From Dehalococcoidia bacterium (GTDB lineage Bacteria; Chloroflexota; Dehalococcoidia; Bin125): a stretch of DNA of 64,000 bases. Position numbers and translations under genes: made by a program. Within the stretch, counting starts at the first letter, position 1. Every line of letters starts with the position of its first letter. This document shows, piece after piece, positions 41,149-49,734 of this stretch. The stretch lies in NCBI GenBank assembly GCA_963663235.2, contig CAXXNO010000012.1:320001-384000 (forward strand). The letters run 5' to 3'. The notes beneath the pieces are model-generated. The model saw only the letters and a program-made list of their open reading frames with translations. It was not told where the DNA came from and ran no database searches.

Positions 41149-42678
41149 ATGCCCATGCCGCTCCTCGAGACGGGCAGCCTCGCGCTCATCCCCTCTTGGC
41201 AGGTGGGCGTCGAGCAGTACCCCGCGGTCGACTTCCCCAAACTCGCCCGCGAGGGCTACCGGCAGAACGAGGTCGTCTACGCCTGCATCCGGGAGATCGC
41301 CACCACCGCCGCGGAGGTCCGCCTCCGGCTCCAGGACCGGGACGGCGCTCCCCTCCTCGACCACCCCCTCCAGCGCCTCCTCGAGCATCCCAACCCCCAG
41401 CAGTCCGCCTTCGAGCTCTGGGAAAGCCTCCTCACCGATCTCCAGGTCTTTGGCAACGCCTTCCTCTTCAAGGAGCACGACCCCGTCGTCTCTCTGGACC
41501 CGGACCGCGGCTTCGACGCGCTGGCGCCCAACGCTTCCGTGGGGAGCATCTGGAAGCTCCGGCCCGACCGCATCACCATCGTCCCCGGCGACCGTCGCCT
41601 CGTCGACGCCTACATCCACCGCGTCGGCGAGCGCGAGACCCGCCTCGACCCCGCCGACGTCATCCACTTCCGGCTCAGCGATCCGCTCAGCGACCTCTGG
41701 GGCCTCTCCCCCCTCGAGGTCGCCGCCCGCCAGATCGACATCGACACCGAGGCCTCCAAGTTCATCGACGCCTTCTTCCGCAACGCCGCCGTCCCCTTCG
41801 GCCTGATCAAGCTCAAGCGCACCCTCCGCGGCGGCGAAGACGAGGCCCGCCGCATCGGCCGGCGCTGGAGCGACCGCTTCCGCGGCCTCCTCGGCCGCTT
41901 CCAGGTCGGCGTCCTCGATGCCGACGCGGAGTTCCAGCGCATCGGCCTCACGCAGGAGGAGATGGCCTTCCCCGAGATCCGCGCCCACACCGAGGCGCGC
42001 ATCTGCGCCGCCTTCCGCGTGCCGCCCATCCTCGTCGGCGTCAAGGTCGGCCTGGACCGCGCCACCTACAGCAATATGGCCGAAGCCCGGCGCCTCTTCT
42101 GGCAAAACACCATGCTCGCCCTCTACCGGCGCGTCGAGAGCAAGCTCGATGCCGACCTCGTCCCCGCCTTCGCCCGGCCCGGCGACTCCCTGTGCGTCCG
42201 CTTCGACTTCAGCGACGTCGCCGCCCTGCGCGAGTCGCGCGAGAGCCTGGAGCGCTCCGCCATCGCCGGGCTGCGCGCCGGGGCGCTCACCATCAACGAC
42301 GCCCGCCGCCGCTTCGGCTTGGAGCCCCTCCCCGACGGTGACGCGCTCTTCCACTCCGTTCGTTCTGAGCCCGTCGAAGGACGAACGGAGTGGAAGAGCG
42401 CGGCCTTCCGCTCCGGCCGGAGACCCTCGCCCCTCGCAACGGAGGACGGCCGTGACCCGCATCACCGGCTACGCCGCCGTCTTCGGTCGCGCCGACAGCC
42501 AGGCCGACCGCATCGCCCCCGGCGCTTTCCTCGCCTCCCTCGCCCGACACGCCGGCCGCGTGCCGCTGCTCTGGCAGCACGACATGGCCGAGCCCATCGG
42601 CCGCCTCACCACCATGCGCGAGGACGACATCGGCCTCTGGTTCGACGCCGACCTGTCCGGCAGCCGCCGTGCCCGTGA
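41149..42678 (+). CDS. Portal protein, HK97 family (homology ends near 42350; the ORF runs on into the protease gene)
   Basis: VVYACIREIA, HPLQRLLEHPNP, GNAF, LRPDRI, DVIHFR, GLSPL, ICAAFRVPPILVG, TYSN and TINDARRRFGLEPLPDGD. Confidence 0.92.
   Translation: MPMPLLETGSLALIPSWQVGVEQYPAVDFPKLAREGYRQNEVVYACIREIATTAAEVRLRLQDRDGAPLLDHPLQRLLEHPNPQQSAFELWESLLTDLQVFGNAFLFKEHDPVVSLDPDRGFDALAPNASVGSIWKLRPDRITIVPGDRRLVDAYIHRVGERETRLDPADVIHFRLSDPLSDLWGLSPLEVAARQIDIDTEASKFIDAFFRNAAVPFGLIKLKRTLRGGEDEARRIGRRWSDRFRGLLGRFQVGVLDADAEFQRIGLTQEEMAFPEIRAHTEARICAAFRVPPILVGVKVGLDRATYSNMAEARRLFWQNTMLALYRRVESKLDADLVPAFARPGDSLCVRFDFSDVAALRESRESLERSAIAGLRAGALTINDARRRFGLEPLPDGDALFHSVRSEPVEGRTEWKSAAFRSGRRPSPLATEDGRDPHHRLRRRLRSRRQPGRPHRPRRFPRLPRPTRRPRAAALAARHGRAHRPPHHHARGRHRPLVRRRPVRQPPCP
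42351..42393 (+). repeat. Palindromic repeat family A hairpin
   Basis: ccactccgttcgt-tctgagcccgtcgaagg-acgaacggagtgg. Confidence 0.85.
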
Positions 42679-42949
42679 CGCCGCCGCCCTTCTCCAGGCC
42701 GGTGCGCTGCGCGAGTGCAGCATCGGCTTCCTCCCCCGCCGCATCGCCTTCGAGCGGCGCGGACAGGAGCGCGTTCGCGTCCTGCAACAGATCGATCTCA
42801 TCGAGATCAGCCTGGTAACTCTCGCGGCCAACCCATTGGCCCGCGTGATCAGCGTCGATGGCGCCTCGCTCGGGCCCGGACCGCCCATTGGCACGAGCGC
42901 ATCCATATGGCGCCGACGGCTCGCCGCCGTCGCCCCCACCCGCGATTAG
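42452..42949 (+). CDS. HK97-family prohead protease
   Basis: ITGYAAVF..DRIAPGAF..PLLWQHD..PIG..CSIGF..LIEISLVT..ANP; GGAGG RBS. Confidence 0.92.
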   Translation: MTRITGYAAVFGRADSQADRIAPGAFLASLARHAGRVPLLWQHDMAEPIGRLTTMREDDIGLWFDADLSGSRRARDAAALLQAGALRECSIGFLPRRIAFERRGQERVRVLQQIDLIEISLVTLAANPLARVISVDGASLGPGPPIGTSASIWRRRLAAVAPTRD

Positions 42950-42966
42950 AAGTAAGGAGTGCTGCT

Positions 42967-44229
42967 TTGCCTACGCTCAATGCGCTACGCGACTAAGCCC
43001 GCAACACGCTGACCGAAGCTCGCGGGCTCTTGGAAACCCACAACGGAGCCGAGACCTCCCTCCCGCCCGAGACCGCCGCCCGTGTCGATGCGCTGATCGC
43101 GCAGGGACGCGAGGAGTGGCAGGCCTATGAGGCCGCCCTGGCCGAGCGCGAACGGCGCTACCAACTCGGCGAGCTGGAGCACGACCTGCAACGCGCGCCC
43201 GCCACCTGGACCGACCCCAACGCCGGCGCCGCGCCCGCCCCCACCGCCGGCCGCGGCGACACGGACGCCATCTATCGCAAGGCGTTCGAGCGCTACATCC
43301 ACCACGGCGAACGCTCCGTGCTGGCCCTCGGCGCCCCCTACATCAAGGCGCTCACCGAGGGCACCGACAGCGAGGGCGGCCACCTGGTGCCCATCGACTG
43401 GCAGGCGCAGATCTTGCAGGCCGTCGGCGCCCGCGCCGGCCTGCGCCGCTTCGTCACCGCCATCCCCACCGGCCGCGACGCCATCGAGTGGCCCACCATC
43501 GAGGGCGCCGATGACATCCACGCCAGCGCGGTGCGCCGCACCTGGGTCGATGAGCAGCCCGCCGAAGGCGCCGCCGACACCGAGCCCACCTTCGGCGCGA
43601 TCCGCATCCCCGTGCACACGGCCATGCTCACCACCAAGGCCAGCCGCAACCTGGTCGAGGACAGCGCCGTCCCCTTCACCACCATCCTCACCAACCTCTT
43701 CGCCGACGAGGTCCGCCTCAGCGACGAAGAGGCGTTCCTCACCGGCGACGGCGTCGCCAAGCCGCTGGGTCTCCTCTCGACCACCGACATCCCCACGGTG
43801 AACAGCGGCAACGCCGCCCTGGTCACCGCCGATGGCCTCCTGGACCTCTTCTACGGCGTCCCCGCCCAGTACCGCGACAACGCCATCTTCGTCATGACCA
43901 GCGCCACTGAGGACGCGGTCCGCAAGCTCAAGGACTCCAACAACCAGTACCTCTGGATCGGCGGCTTCGCCGCCGCCCCGGAGACGCTGCTGGGCCGCCA
44001 GGTGCTCAGCTCGGAGTTCATGCCCGCCGTCGCCGCCAACGCCACTCCCATCGCCTTCGGCGACTTCAGCCGCTACGTCGTGGCGGACCGCGTGGGCTTC
44101 TCCATCCAGCGCATCGACGGCGACCAGCAACTCGCCGAGAAGAACCAGATCGGCTTCGTGGGCCGGCAGCGCGTCGGCGGCCGCGTGGTGCAGTCGCGCG
44201 CCTTCCGCTTCCAGAAGATCGCCGTCTAG
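42967..44229 (+). CDS. Major capsid protein, HK97 family; in-frame TAA at codon 10 (42994-42996)
   Basis: GTDSEGGHLVP, WVDE, EEAFLTGDGVAKPLG, KLKDSNNQYLW, LLGRQV and AFGDF. The AAGGAG RBS precedes the TTG at 42967; the ORF reopens at 43030. Confidence 0.93.
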
Positions 44230-44297
44230 CGCCGCAACCTGATGGCCGCTGTGCACTCGGAGCTTTCCCAAAACCCACGCCTACAGGAGTTGGCAAA

Positions 44298-44711
44298 ATG
44301 ACCATCAAAGAAGCGCTCAAGTACGACACCGGCCAGATCGACCCCGACGCCTACGCCGCCTCGACGGTCAACGGCGCCTGGGTCTCTATGGCCGACTTCA
44401 CCGAGGCCGCCGCCATCGTCGTCGTCGGCGCCATGGCCGCCGGTGCAACGGTGGATGCCAAGCTCCAGCAGGCGAAGGACGCCGCCGGGACCGGCGCAAA
44501 GGGCATCACCGGCAAGGCCATCACCCAGCTCACTCAGGCTGGCGGCGACGGCGATGAGATCGTCACCATTCCGCTCCGGGCCGAAGAGATCGACATCGCC
44601 AACGCCTTCACCCACATCCGCGTCCAGGTCACCACCGCCGTCGCCAACGTCGACTACGGCGCGGTCCTGATCCGCGGCGGCGCCGGCCACCACCCGCAAA
44701 CCAACGCGTAA
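44298..44711 (+). CDS. Putative capsid decoration/cement protein
   Basis: Directly after the capsid gene with an AGGAG RBS; beta-rich; ATVDAKLQQAKD..GTGAK resembles proteins seen at this position in prophages. Confidence 0.55.
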   Translation: MTIKEALKYDTGQIDPDAYAASTVNGAWVSMADFTEAAAIVVVGAMAAGATVDAKLQQAKDAAGTGAKGITGKAITQLTQAGGDGDEIVTIPLRAEEIDIANAFTHIRVQVTTAVANVDYGAVLIRGGAGHHPQTNA

Positions 44712-44722
44712 CACCTCTTGTT

Positions 44723-44848
44723 TCCCCTCTCCATCCTTCCGTCCTGGGAAGGATGGAGAGGGGGCAAGGGGTGAGATTTCCATGCCCCTCATCGCCAGCG
44801 CCAACAGCAACATTCCGCTCGTCCTGAGCCTGTCAAAGGGCGACCGGG
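44723..44848 (+). repeat. Family B + family A palindromic repeats
   Basis: cccctctccatccttcc..ggaaggatggagagggg..ggggtgag, then gtcctgagcctgtcaaaggg. Confidence 0.85.
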
Positions 44849-44871
44849 CGACTCGCTAGAAGCAACCAGAT

Positions 44872-45390
44872 ATGCCCCTCCTCACCACCGCCGACATCCG
44901 CCCCCACGTCGAGACCGCCCTCGACGACACCGCCCTCCAGCGGATCGTCGATCGCATCGACGCGGACGTCGTCGCGCGCGTCGGGCCGCACTCCGGCCCC
45001 CTGACCGAGGTGGTGGCCGGCCGGACGCAGTCCGTCTACGTCCGCCGGCCCATCGCCTCCGTCACCACCGTGCGCGAGGGCAACGTGATCGACGCCGGCG
45101 CGACAACGCTGACCGTCGACACTCACTACCGCCTCTGGGCCGCCGAGGGCCGCCTGGAGCGGCTGCCCGCCGGCGCCGGCTTCGGCCAGCTTGTGGAGGT
45201 CGTCTACACGCCCGTCGACGACACCGAGCAGCGCAAGCGTGTCCTGCTGGAGCTCGTCCGCCTGGACCTGGCCCAGAGCGGTCGCCTGCGCGAGGCCGTC
45301 GGGCGTGACTACGACTACGCCGCCCTCGACTACGGAGGACACCGCGAGGCGCTCCTCCGGGAGCTCTATCCGTTCTTGACCTTGGAATAA
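44872..45390 (+). CDS. Putative head-tail adaptor
   Basis: Position and size; RRPIASVTTV..VEVVYTP pattern. Confidence 0.6.
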   Translation: MPLLTTADIRPHVETALDDTALQRIVDRIDADVVARVGPHSGPLTEVVAGRTQSVYVRRPIASVTTVREGNVIDAGATTLTVDTHYRLWAAEGRLERLPAGAGFGQLVEVVYTPVDDTEQRKRVLLELVRLDLAQSGRLREAVGRDYDYAALDYGGHREALLRELYPFLTLE

Positions 45391-45406
45391 GCGAAGGGAG
45401 CCCTTA

Positions 45407-45742
45407 GTGGCCCGAGTCACTGTACCCCTGCAGACCCTGGACCCGGAGGATTCCGTGGTCCTCAGCTACACCGCCGCCGACGCGACCAACGATCACGCCT
45501 TCACCAACACCGGCCGCGTGCTTTTGCTCGTGAAAAACGGCGGCGGTTCCAGCGTCACCGTGACCATCGTCTCCACGCCCGACGCCCGCGGCCGCACCGG
45601 CGACGAAGTGCGCGCGGTCGCCGCCGCCACCGACGCCCTCTTCGGCCCCTTCCCGCGACAGGGCTGGAACCAGTCCGACGAGTCCGTCCACGTCGATCTC
45701 AGCGCCGATACCAGCGTGCAGCTGGCGGCGATCGTGATCTAG
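45407..45742 (+). CDS. Small virion-associated beta protein
   Basis: NTGRVLLLVKNGGGSSVTVTI..LFGPFP; within the neck gene block. Confidence 0.5.
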   Translation: MARVTVPLQTLDPEDSVVLSYTAADATNDHAFTNTGRVLLLVKNGGGSSVTVTIVSTPDARGRTGDEVRAVAAATDALFGPFPRQGWNQSDESVHVDLSADTSVQLAAIVI

Positions 45743-45759
45743 GAAAGCTGAGGCGGAGC

Positions 45760-46095
45760 GTGATCGGTGGGTTGGTTCATCGCTGTACGGTCTCCCGGCC
45801 GCTGGACGGGCCGGTTGACGCCTACGGCCGCCCCGCGCCCGCGGGCTACGCCGCGGAGGCCCGATCCCTCCGCTGCCGCTTCATCGCCGGCAACGACCGC
45901 GATGCCCCGCGCCTCCTCTTCCCCGCCGACGCCGATGTCGCCGCGGGCGATCGGATCGGCGCCGTTGAAGACGGCGCGGGACGGGTGGTGGACGCCGGAC
46001 CGTTCGCCGTGCTCGCAGTGACAACCGGATCGGGACGGGCGCAGGTCGCCTATCGCAGCGCGCTGCTGCAACGCATCGCACCGGAGAAAGCATGA
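45760..46095 (+). CDS. Putative head-closure protein
   Basis: HRCTVSR..DAYGRP..ADVAAGDRI; position in the operon. Confidence 0.6.
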   Translation: MIGGLVHRCTVSRPLDGPVDAYGRPAPAGYAAEARSLRCRFIAGNDRDAPRLLFPADADVAAGDRIGAVEDGAGRVVDAGPFAVLAVTTGSGRAQVAYRSALLQRIAPEKA

Positions 46096-46448
46096 GCACT
46101 CGATTCCGCCTGCTGCGCTGGGAGCCCCACCTCGCCGTCGACACCGTGCACCGGCGCGCCGACCGCTGGCTGGCGCGGGCAGCGGCCTTGGGGAGCGCTG
46201 CGGCCCGGGAGCGCGCGCCCGTGCGCACCGGCTTCTTGCGCTCCTCCATCATCCCGCTGCCCGTTCGACGCCTTGGTGGTCGCTCCACGGCGGGCATCTG
46301 GGCGGCGGCGCCCTACGCCCTCTGGGTGGAGATCGGCACCCGCCGCATGGCGGCGCAGCCCTACCTCCGCCCCGCGCTCAACGCCGTCCGCACCGCCGCC
46401 GCCGACCTCATGGCGCAGGTCCGCGCCACCGAGAGGACCATTCAATGA
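46092..46448 (+). CDS. HK97 gp10-like tail completion protein
   Basis: APVRTGFLRSSI..APYALWVEIGTRRMAAQPYLRPA. Confidence 0.85.
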   Translation: MSTRFRLLRWEPHLAVDTVHRRADRWLARAAALGSAAARERAPVRTGFLRSSIIPLPVRRLGGRSTAGIWAAAPYALWVEIGTRRMAAQPYLRPALNAVRTAAADLMAQVRATERTIQ

Positions 46449-46867
46449 CGCCCCTCACCGGCTCAGAAACTCCGTTCGTCCTGAGCCTCAAGTCTGGCGA
46501 AGGGCCTGCAGAGCGGCAGGCAGCCCCGCCCGATCGCCATACGCCCCCTCTCCATCGCTTGCCGATGGAGAGGGGGCCGGGAGGTGAGGTTCCCTCTCCT
46601 GCCCCGTTCGCCCTGAGCGAAGTCGAAGGGCGAACCGCTGACACCCGTGCCCTTCCCCCTCACACTCCCCCTCTCCATCGCTTGCCGATGGAGAGGGGGC
46701 CGGGGGGTGAGGTTCCCTCTCCTGCCCCGTTCGTCCTGAGCGGAGTCGAAGGAGAACGGGGCAGCCCAGCTGTCCTCCTTGCGCCTGTCGAAGGAGGGCC
46801 GGGGGGTGAGGTTCCTCTCCACGCCGCCGAACCGACCGAAGACACGACAAGCCGAGACCGCCGATGA
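46445..46867 (+). repeat. Composite array of family A/B repeats forming an open 140-aa frame
   Basis: Two HTPPLHRLPMERGPGGEVPSPAPF units; ATGA overlaps with both neighbouring genes. Confidence 0.8.
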
Positions 46868-47282
46868 CCCTCCCCGCCGACCCCGTGGCCGCGGTGCTGA
46901 CCTACCTCCGCACCGACCCCGACTTGCTCGCGTTGGTGGGCGATCGCATCTACGGCGCCGGCCGGCCGGAGAGCGGCCCGGCCTCGCTGCCCGCGCCGGC
47001 GCTCACGCTGACGCCGGTGGGGGGGCCGGCGCACCGCGACCTCCCGCTGGCTGACGTGGAGATGGAGATCCGCTGCTGGGCGGCCTGGGCGTCGACGGCG
47101 CCGTTCGGGCCGTGGCCATCTGGCGCGCCATCCATCGCGCCCTCAACGTCAGCGATCGCGTGGCCGCGAACGCCCGCTTGCTCTGGGCGGTGGAGGTCAG
47201 CGGCCCCGCCCTGCTGCGCGATCCCGATACCCAAGAACCCTTCGTGCGCTGCGGCGTCCGCGCCGCCACCGCCGACGACTGA
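46864..47282 (+). CDS. Putative tail terminator, frameshift near 47085
   Basis: LLALVGDRIY..EIRCW. The alternative frame gives AVAIWRAIHRAL..EVSGPALLRDPDT and ends at TGA 47280-47282. Confidence 0.65.
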
Positions 47283-47299
47283 GTGAAAGGAGCTGCATC

Positions 47300-47857
47300 G
47301 TGCCGGTCAAGCTGCTGGTCGGATCCGGCCGACTCTATCTCAACGCGGAAGCGGCGGCCATGCCCGCCATCGACGCCGACCCCGTCGCCGCCGGCTGGAC
47401 CGACCTCGGCGCCATCGCCGGTGGCGTCACGGTCGAGCGGGAGCAAACGCTGGAGGAACACTTCGTCGACCACGAGACCGGCCCGGTCGACGTGAGCCGC
47501 ACCGCCGAGGCGCTGATCATCGAGACCAGCCTGGCGGAGCCCACGCTCGCCAACCTCGGGCGCGTCCTCAATGACCTCACCCCCACCTCTGCGGCAGGCC
47601 CGCCCGCCACCGAGCGCCTCGGCAGCTACCGCGGCGCGACCGTCGCTCGGCACGCCTTGCTCTTCCGCGCCGGATCGCCGGAAGGCGCGGGCAAGACCGG
47701 CCAGACCTACGTTGCCCGCGGCTACTTCGCCGGCGACGTCGGCCTCGCTCACCGCAAAGACGAGCAGACCCTCGTCCCCGTCGAGTTCCGCGCCCTGGTG
47801 CACGAAGCCGCTGCCACTTCCTCCGAACGCTTCGGAGTCACCGTCTATGAAACCTAA
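47300..47857 (+). CDS. Major tail (tube) protein
   Basis: LLVGSGRLY..WTDLGAIAGGVTV..VD..IETSLAEPTLANL..PVEFRAL; AAGGAG RBS. Confidence 0.8.
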   Translation: MPVKLLVGSGRLYLNAEAAAMPAIDADPVAAGWTDLGAIAGGVTVEREQTLEEHFVDHETGPVDVSRTAEALIIETSLAEPTLANLGRVLNDLTPTSAAGPPATERLGSYRGATVARHALLFRAGSPEGAGKTGQTYVARGYFAGDVGLAHRKDEQTLVPVEFRALVHEAAATSSERFGVTVYET

Positions 47858-47993
47858 CGCTTCCCAATCCAGGGCGCGGAACCCGGCCCGCGACGCTCGC
47901 CGAGCGGGCCAAAACAACCCAGCCGCGCCCTCGTGCACGAAGCCGCCGCCACCTCCTCCGAACGCTTCGGAGTCACCGTCTATGAAACCTAAC
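47798..47993 (+). repeat. ~60-bp direct duplication of the tail-tube 3' end
   Basis: gtgcacgaagccg..ccgaacgcttcggagtcaccgtctatgaaacctaac at 47798-47858 and 47933-47993. Confidence 0.85.
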
Positions 47994-48827
47994 CAGCCTC
48001 CCCCTCCCCCGCCCCCTCTCCATCGCTCGCCGATGGAGAGGGGGCCGGGGGGTGAGGTTCCCACTGAGCTCGTCGAAGGAGGGCCGGGGGGTGAGGTTCC
48101 CTCTCCTGCCCCGTTCGTCCCGAGCGAAGCCCAAGGGCCTGAAGAACGGCAAGCAACCCCGCCCGATCCCCACACTCCCCCTCTCCATCGCTCGCCGATG
48201 GAGAGGGGGCCGGGGAGTGAGGTTCCCACTGAGCTTGTCGAACGAGCGCCGGGCGGTGAGGTCCCCTCTCCTACTCCGTTCGTCCTGAGCGAAGCCCACG
48301 GGCCTGAAGAACGGCAAGCGACCCCGCCCGATCCCAACACTCCCCCTCTCCATCGCTCGCCGATGGAGAGGGGGCCGGGGGGTGAGGTTCCCACTGAGCT
48401 TGTCGAACTAGCGCCGAGCGGTGAGGTCCTTTCCGCCGCCACCCCCCTCCAGCGCCTCCTCGACCTCGACGCCGGCCGCCTGCCCCCGCTCGTCGTCCGC
48501 GTCGACGGCCGCGACGTGCCCCTGCGCCTGCCGGAGAGCCTCTCCCTGGCCGACACGCTCCGCCTCGGCGATCTGCTCCGCGCTCTCGCCGACCCAGCCG
48601 CCACGCCCCAACGCTTCGACGCCGCGGCGGCGGAAGTCGTCGCCCTGGTCGCGCCCCCTCTCGGCCCGGACGGCCCCACGCCCCTGCCGCCGGGGCAGGC
48701 CCGCCGCCTCGTGGCCTTTTACGCCGCGCACCTCGCCCGCGCCGCCGAGGCGCTGAGCGGAGCGGACGGCATGCTCCCTTTTGCGATGGCGCAGCCGCTG
48801 GCCGCGTCTGCGCCCGGATCGCCATGA
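47847..48827 (+). CDS. Tail assembly chaperone (gpG-like), N-terminal half repeat-derived (start uncertain)
   Basis: Lies between the tube and tape measure genes. Folded-looking part starts near 48445 (LLDLD..VRVDGRDVPLRLPESLS). C CCT TTT slippery site near the end. Confidence 0.6.
   Translation: MKPNASQSRARNPARDARRAGQNNPAAPSCTKPPPPPPNASESPSMKPNQPPPPPPPLHRSPMERGPGGEVPTELVEGGPGGEVPSPAPFVPSEAQGPEERQATPPDPHTPPLHRSPMERGPGSEVPTELVERAPGGEVPSPTPFVLSEAHGPEERQATPPDPNTPPLHRSPMERGPGGEVPTELVELAPSGEVLSAATPLQRLLDLDAGRLPPLVVRVDGRDVPLRLPESLSLADTLRLGDLLRALADPAATPQRFDAAAAEVVALVAPPLGPDGPTPLPPGQARRLVAFYAAHLARAAEALSGADGMLPFAMAQPLAASAPGSP
48000..48430 (+). repeat. Tandem ~165-bp composite A/B repeat units (about 2.5 copies)
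   Basis: cccctctccatcgctcgccgatggagagggggccgggg at about 48013, 48178 and 48343. Confidence 0.9.
48776..48782 (+). other. Programmed -1 ribosomal frameshift site (G/GT chaperone)
   Basis: In-frame X XXY YYZ heptamer C CCT TTT; the -1 frame is open into 48824-49099. Confidence 0.7.
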
Positions 48828-49099
48828 CGTACCACCTCTCACTGCGCACGCAACTGGCGATGCCGATGGCGGAGTGGGCCTGCTACGCCACCCAACTCGC
48901 GCCCCTGGAGGCGGAGCGATCCCTCCGCGACGCGGAAGCGGCGGCGCTGCCCTGGATGGGTTCCGCCGATCGGCGGCGCGCCGTCGGCCGTCTCCACCGC
49001 CTCGCCTTCGCCGACCTCGATGCCGCGGCCCCGCTTCCCATCGACGGGCTCGCGCTTCGTCATCAAGCGGCCCAGCCCTCCAGGAAAGGTCATCGCTGA
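48824..49099 (+). CDS. Tail chaperone extension (gpT-like)
   Basis: In the -1 frame of the upstream gene; its stop overlaps the tape measure ATG. Confidence 0.6.
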   Translation: MTYHLSLRTQLAMPMAEWACYATQLAPLEAERSLRDAEAAALPWMGSADRRRAVGRLHRLAFADLDAAAPLPIDGLALRHQAAQPSRKGHR

Positions 49100-49734
49100 T
49101 GGTCGAAATCGCCGATGCGGTCCTCACCCTCAGCACCGACGACGGCCCGCTGCAGGCCGGTCTGGCCCAGGCGGAGACCTCCATCCGGGATTCCTTGGCG
49201 CGCATGGAAGCCGTCTTGCGCGATGGCGCCCTCAACACCGGCGAGGAGCAGGTGGCCCTGGCCCAGGCCGCGACGGCGCTCGTGGTCCTCACCATCTCGA
49301 TGGCCGGCATCCCCCCGGCGGCGACGACCGCCTCCATCTCGCTCACCAATCTGAGCCGGGCCGCATCGGACTTCGGCGCTGCCGCGACTGTCGCCGCGAC
49401 GCAAGCCCGCCTCGCCGCCCTCACCATCACCGCCGCCTTCGCGCGGGTGCTCGCCAGCGCCAGGGCAGCGCTCGCCGCGCTCAATGCGGCGGCGGCGGCA
49501 CGCGGCGCTGCCGCTCCCGGCCCGGCGACGTCAACCGGTGTGGTCCCGCCCCTCGCCGCGCGCGCCCTACCCCCCGGACGCGCGGCCGCCGCGGCCCGAC
49601 CCCCCCTCGGTCCGCTGGTCGGAACGCTCAACGTCACCGTCGATCGTGAACATCCCCGTGCCATCCAGGCGGGCGTCGAGCGCGCCTTGATCGAGCTCGC
49701 TGAACGCGCCGAGCTCGCGGGAGCGCTGGACTGA
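49099..49734 (+). CDS. Very short tape-measure-like protein (211 aa)
   Basis: MVEIADAVLTLSTD N-terminus, Ala-rich helical body; lies between the chaperones and Dit with TGATG coupling at both ends. Confidence 0.65.
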   Translation: MVEIADAVLTLSTDDGPLQAGLAQAETSIRDSLARMEAVLRDGALNTGEEQVALAQAATALVVLTISMAGIPPAATTASISLTNLSRAASDFGAAATVAATQARLAALTITAAFARVLASARAALAALNAAAAARGAAAPGPATSTGVVPPLAARALPPGRAAAAARPPLGPLVGTLNVTVDREHPRAIQAGVERALIELAERAELAGALD

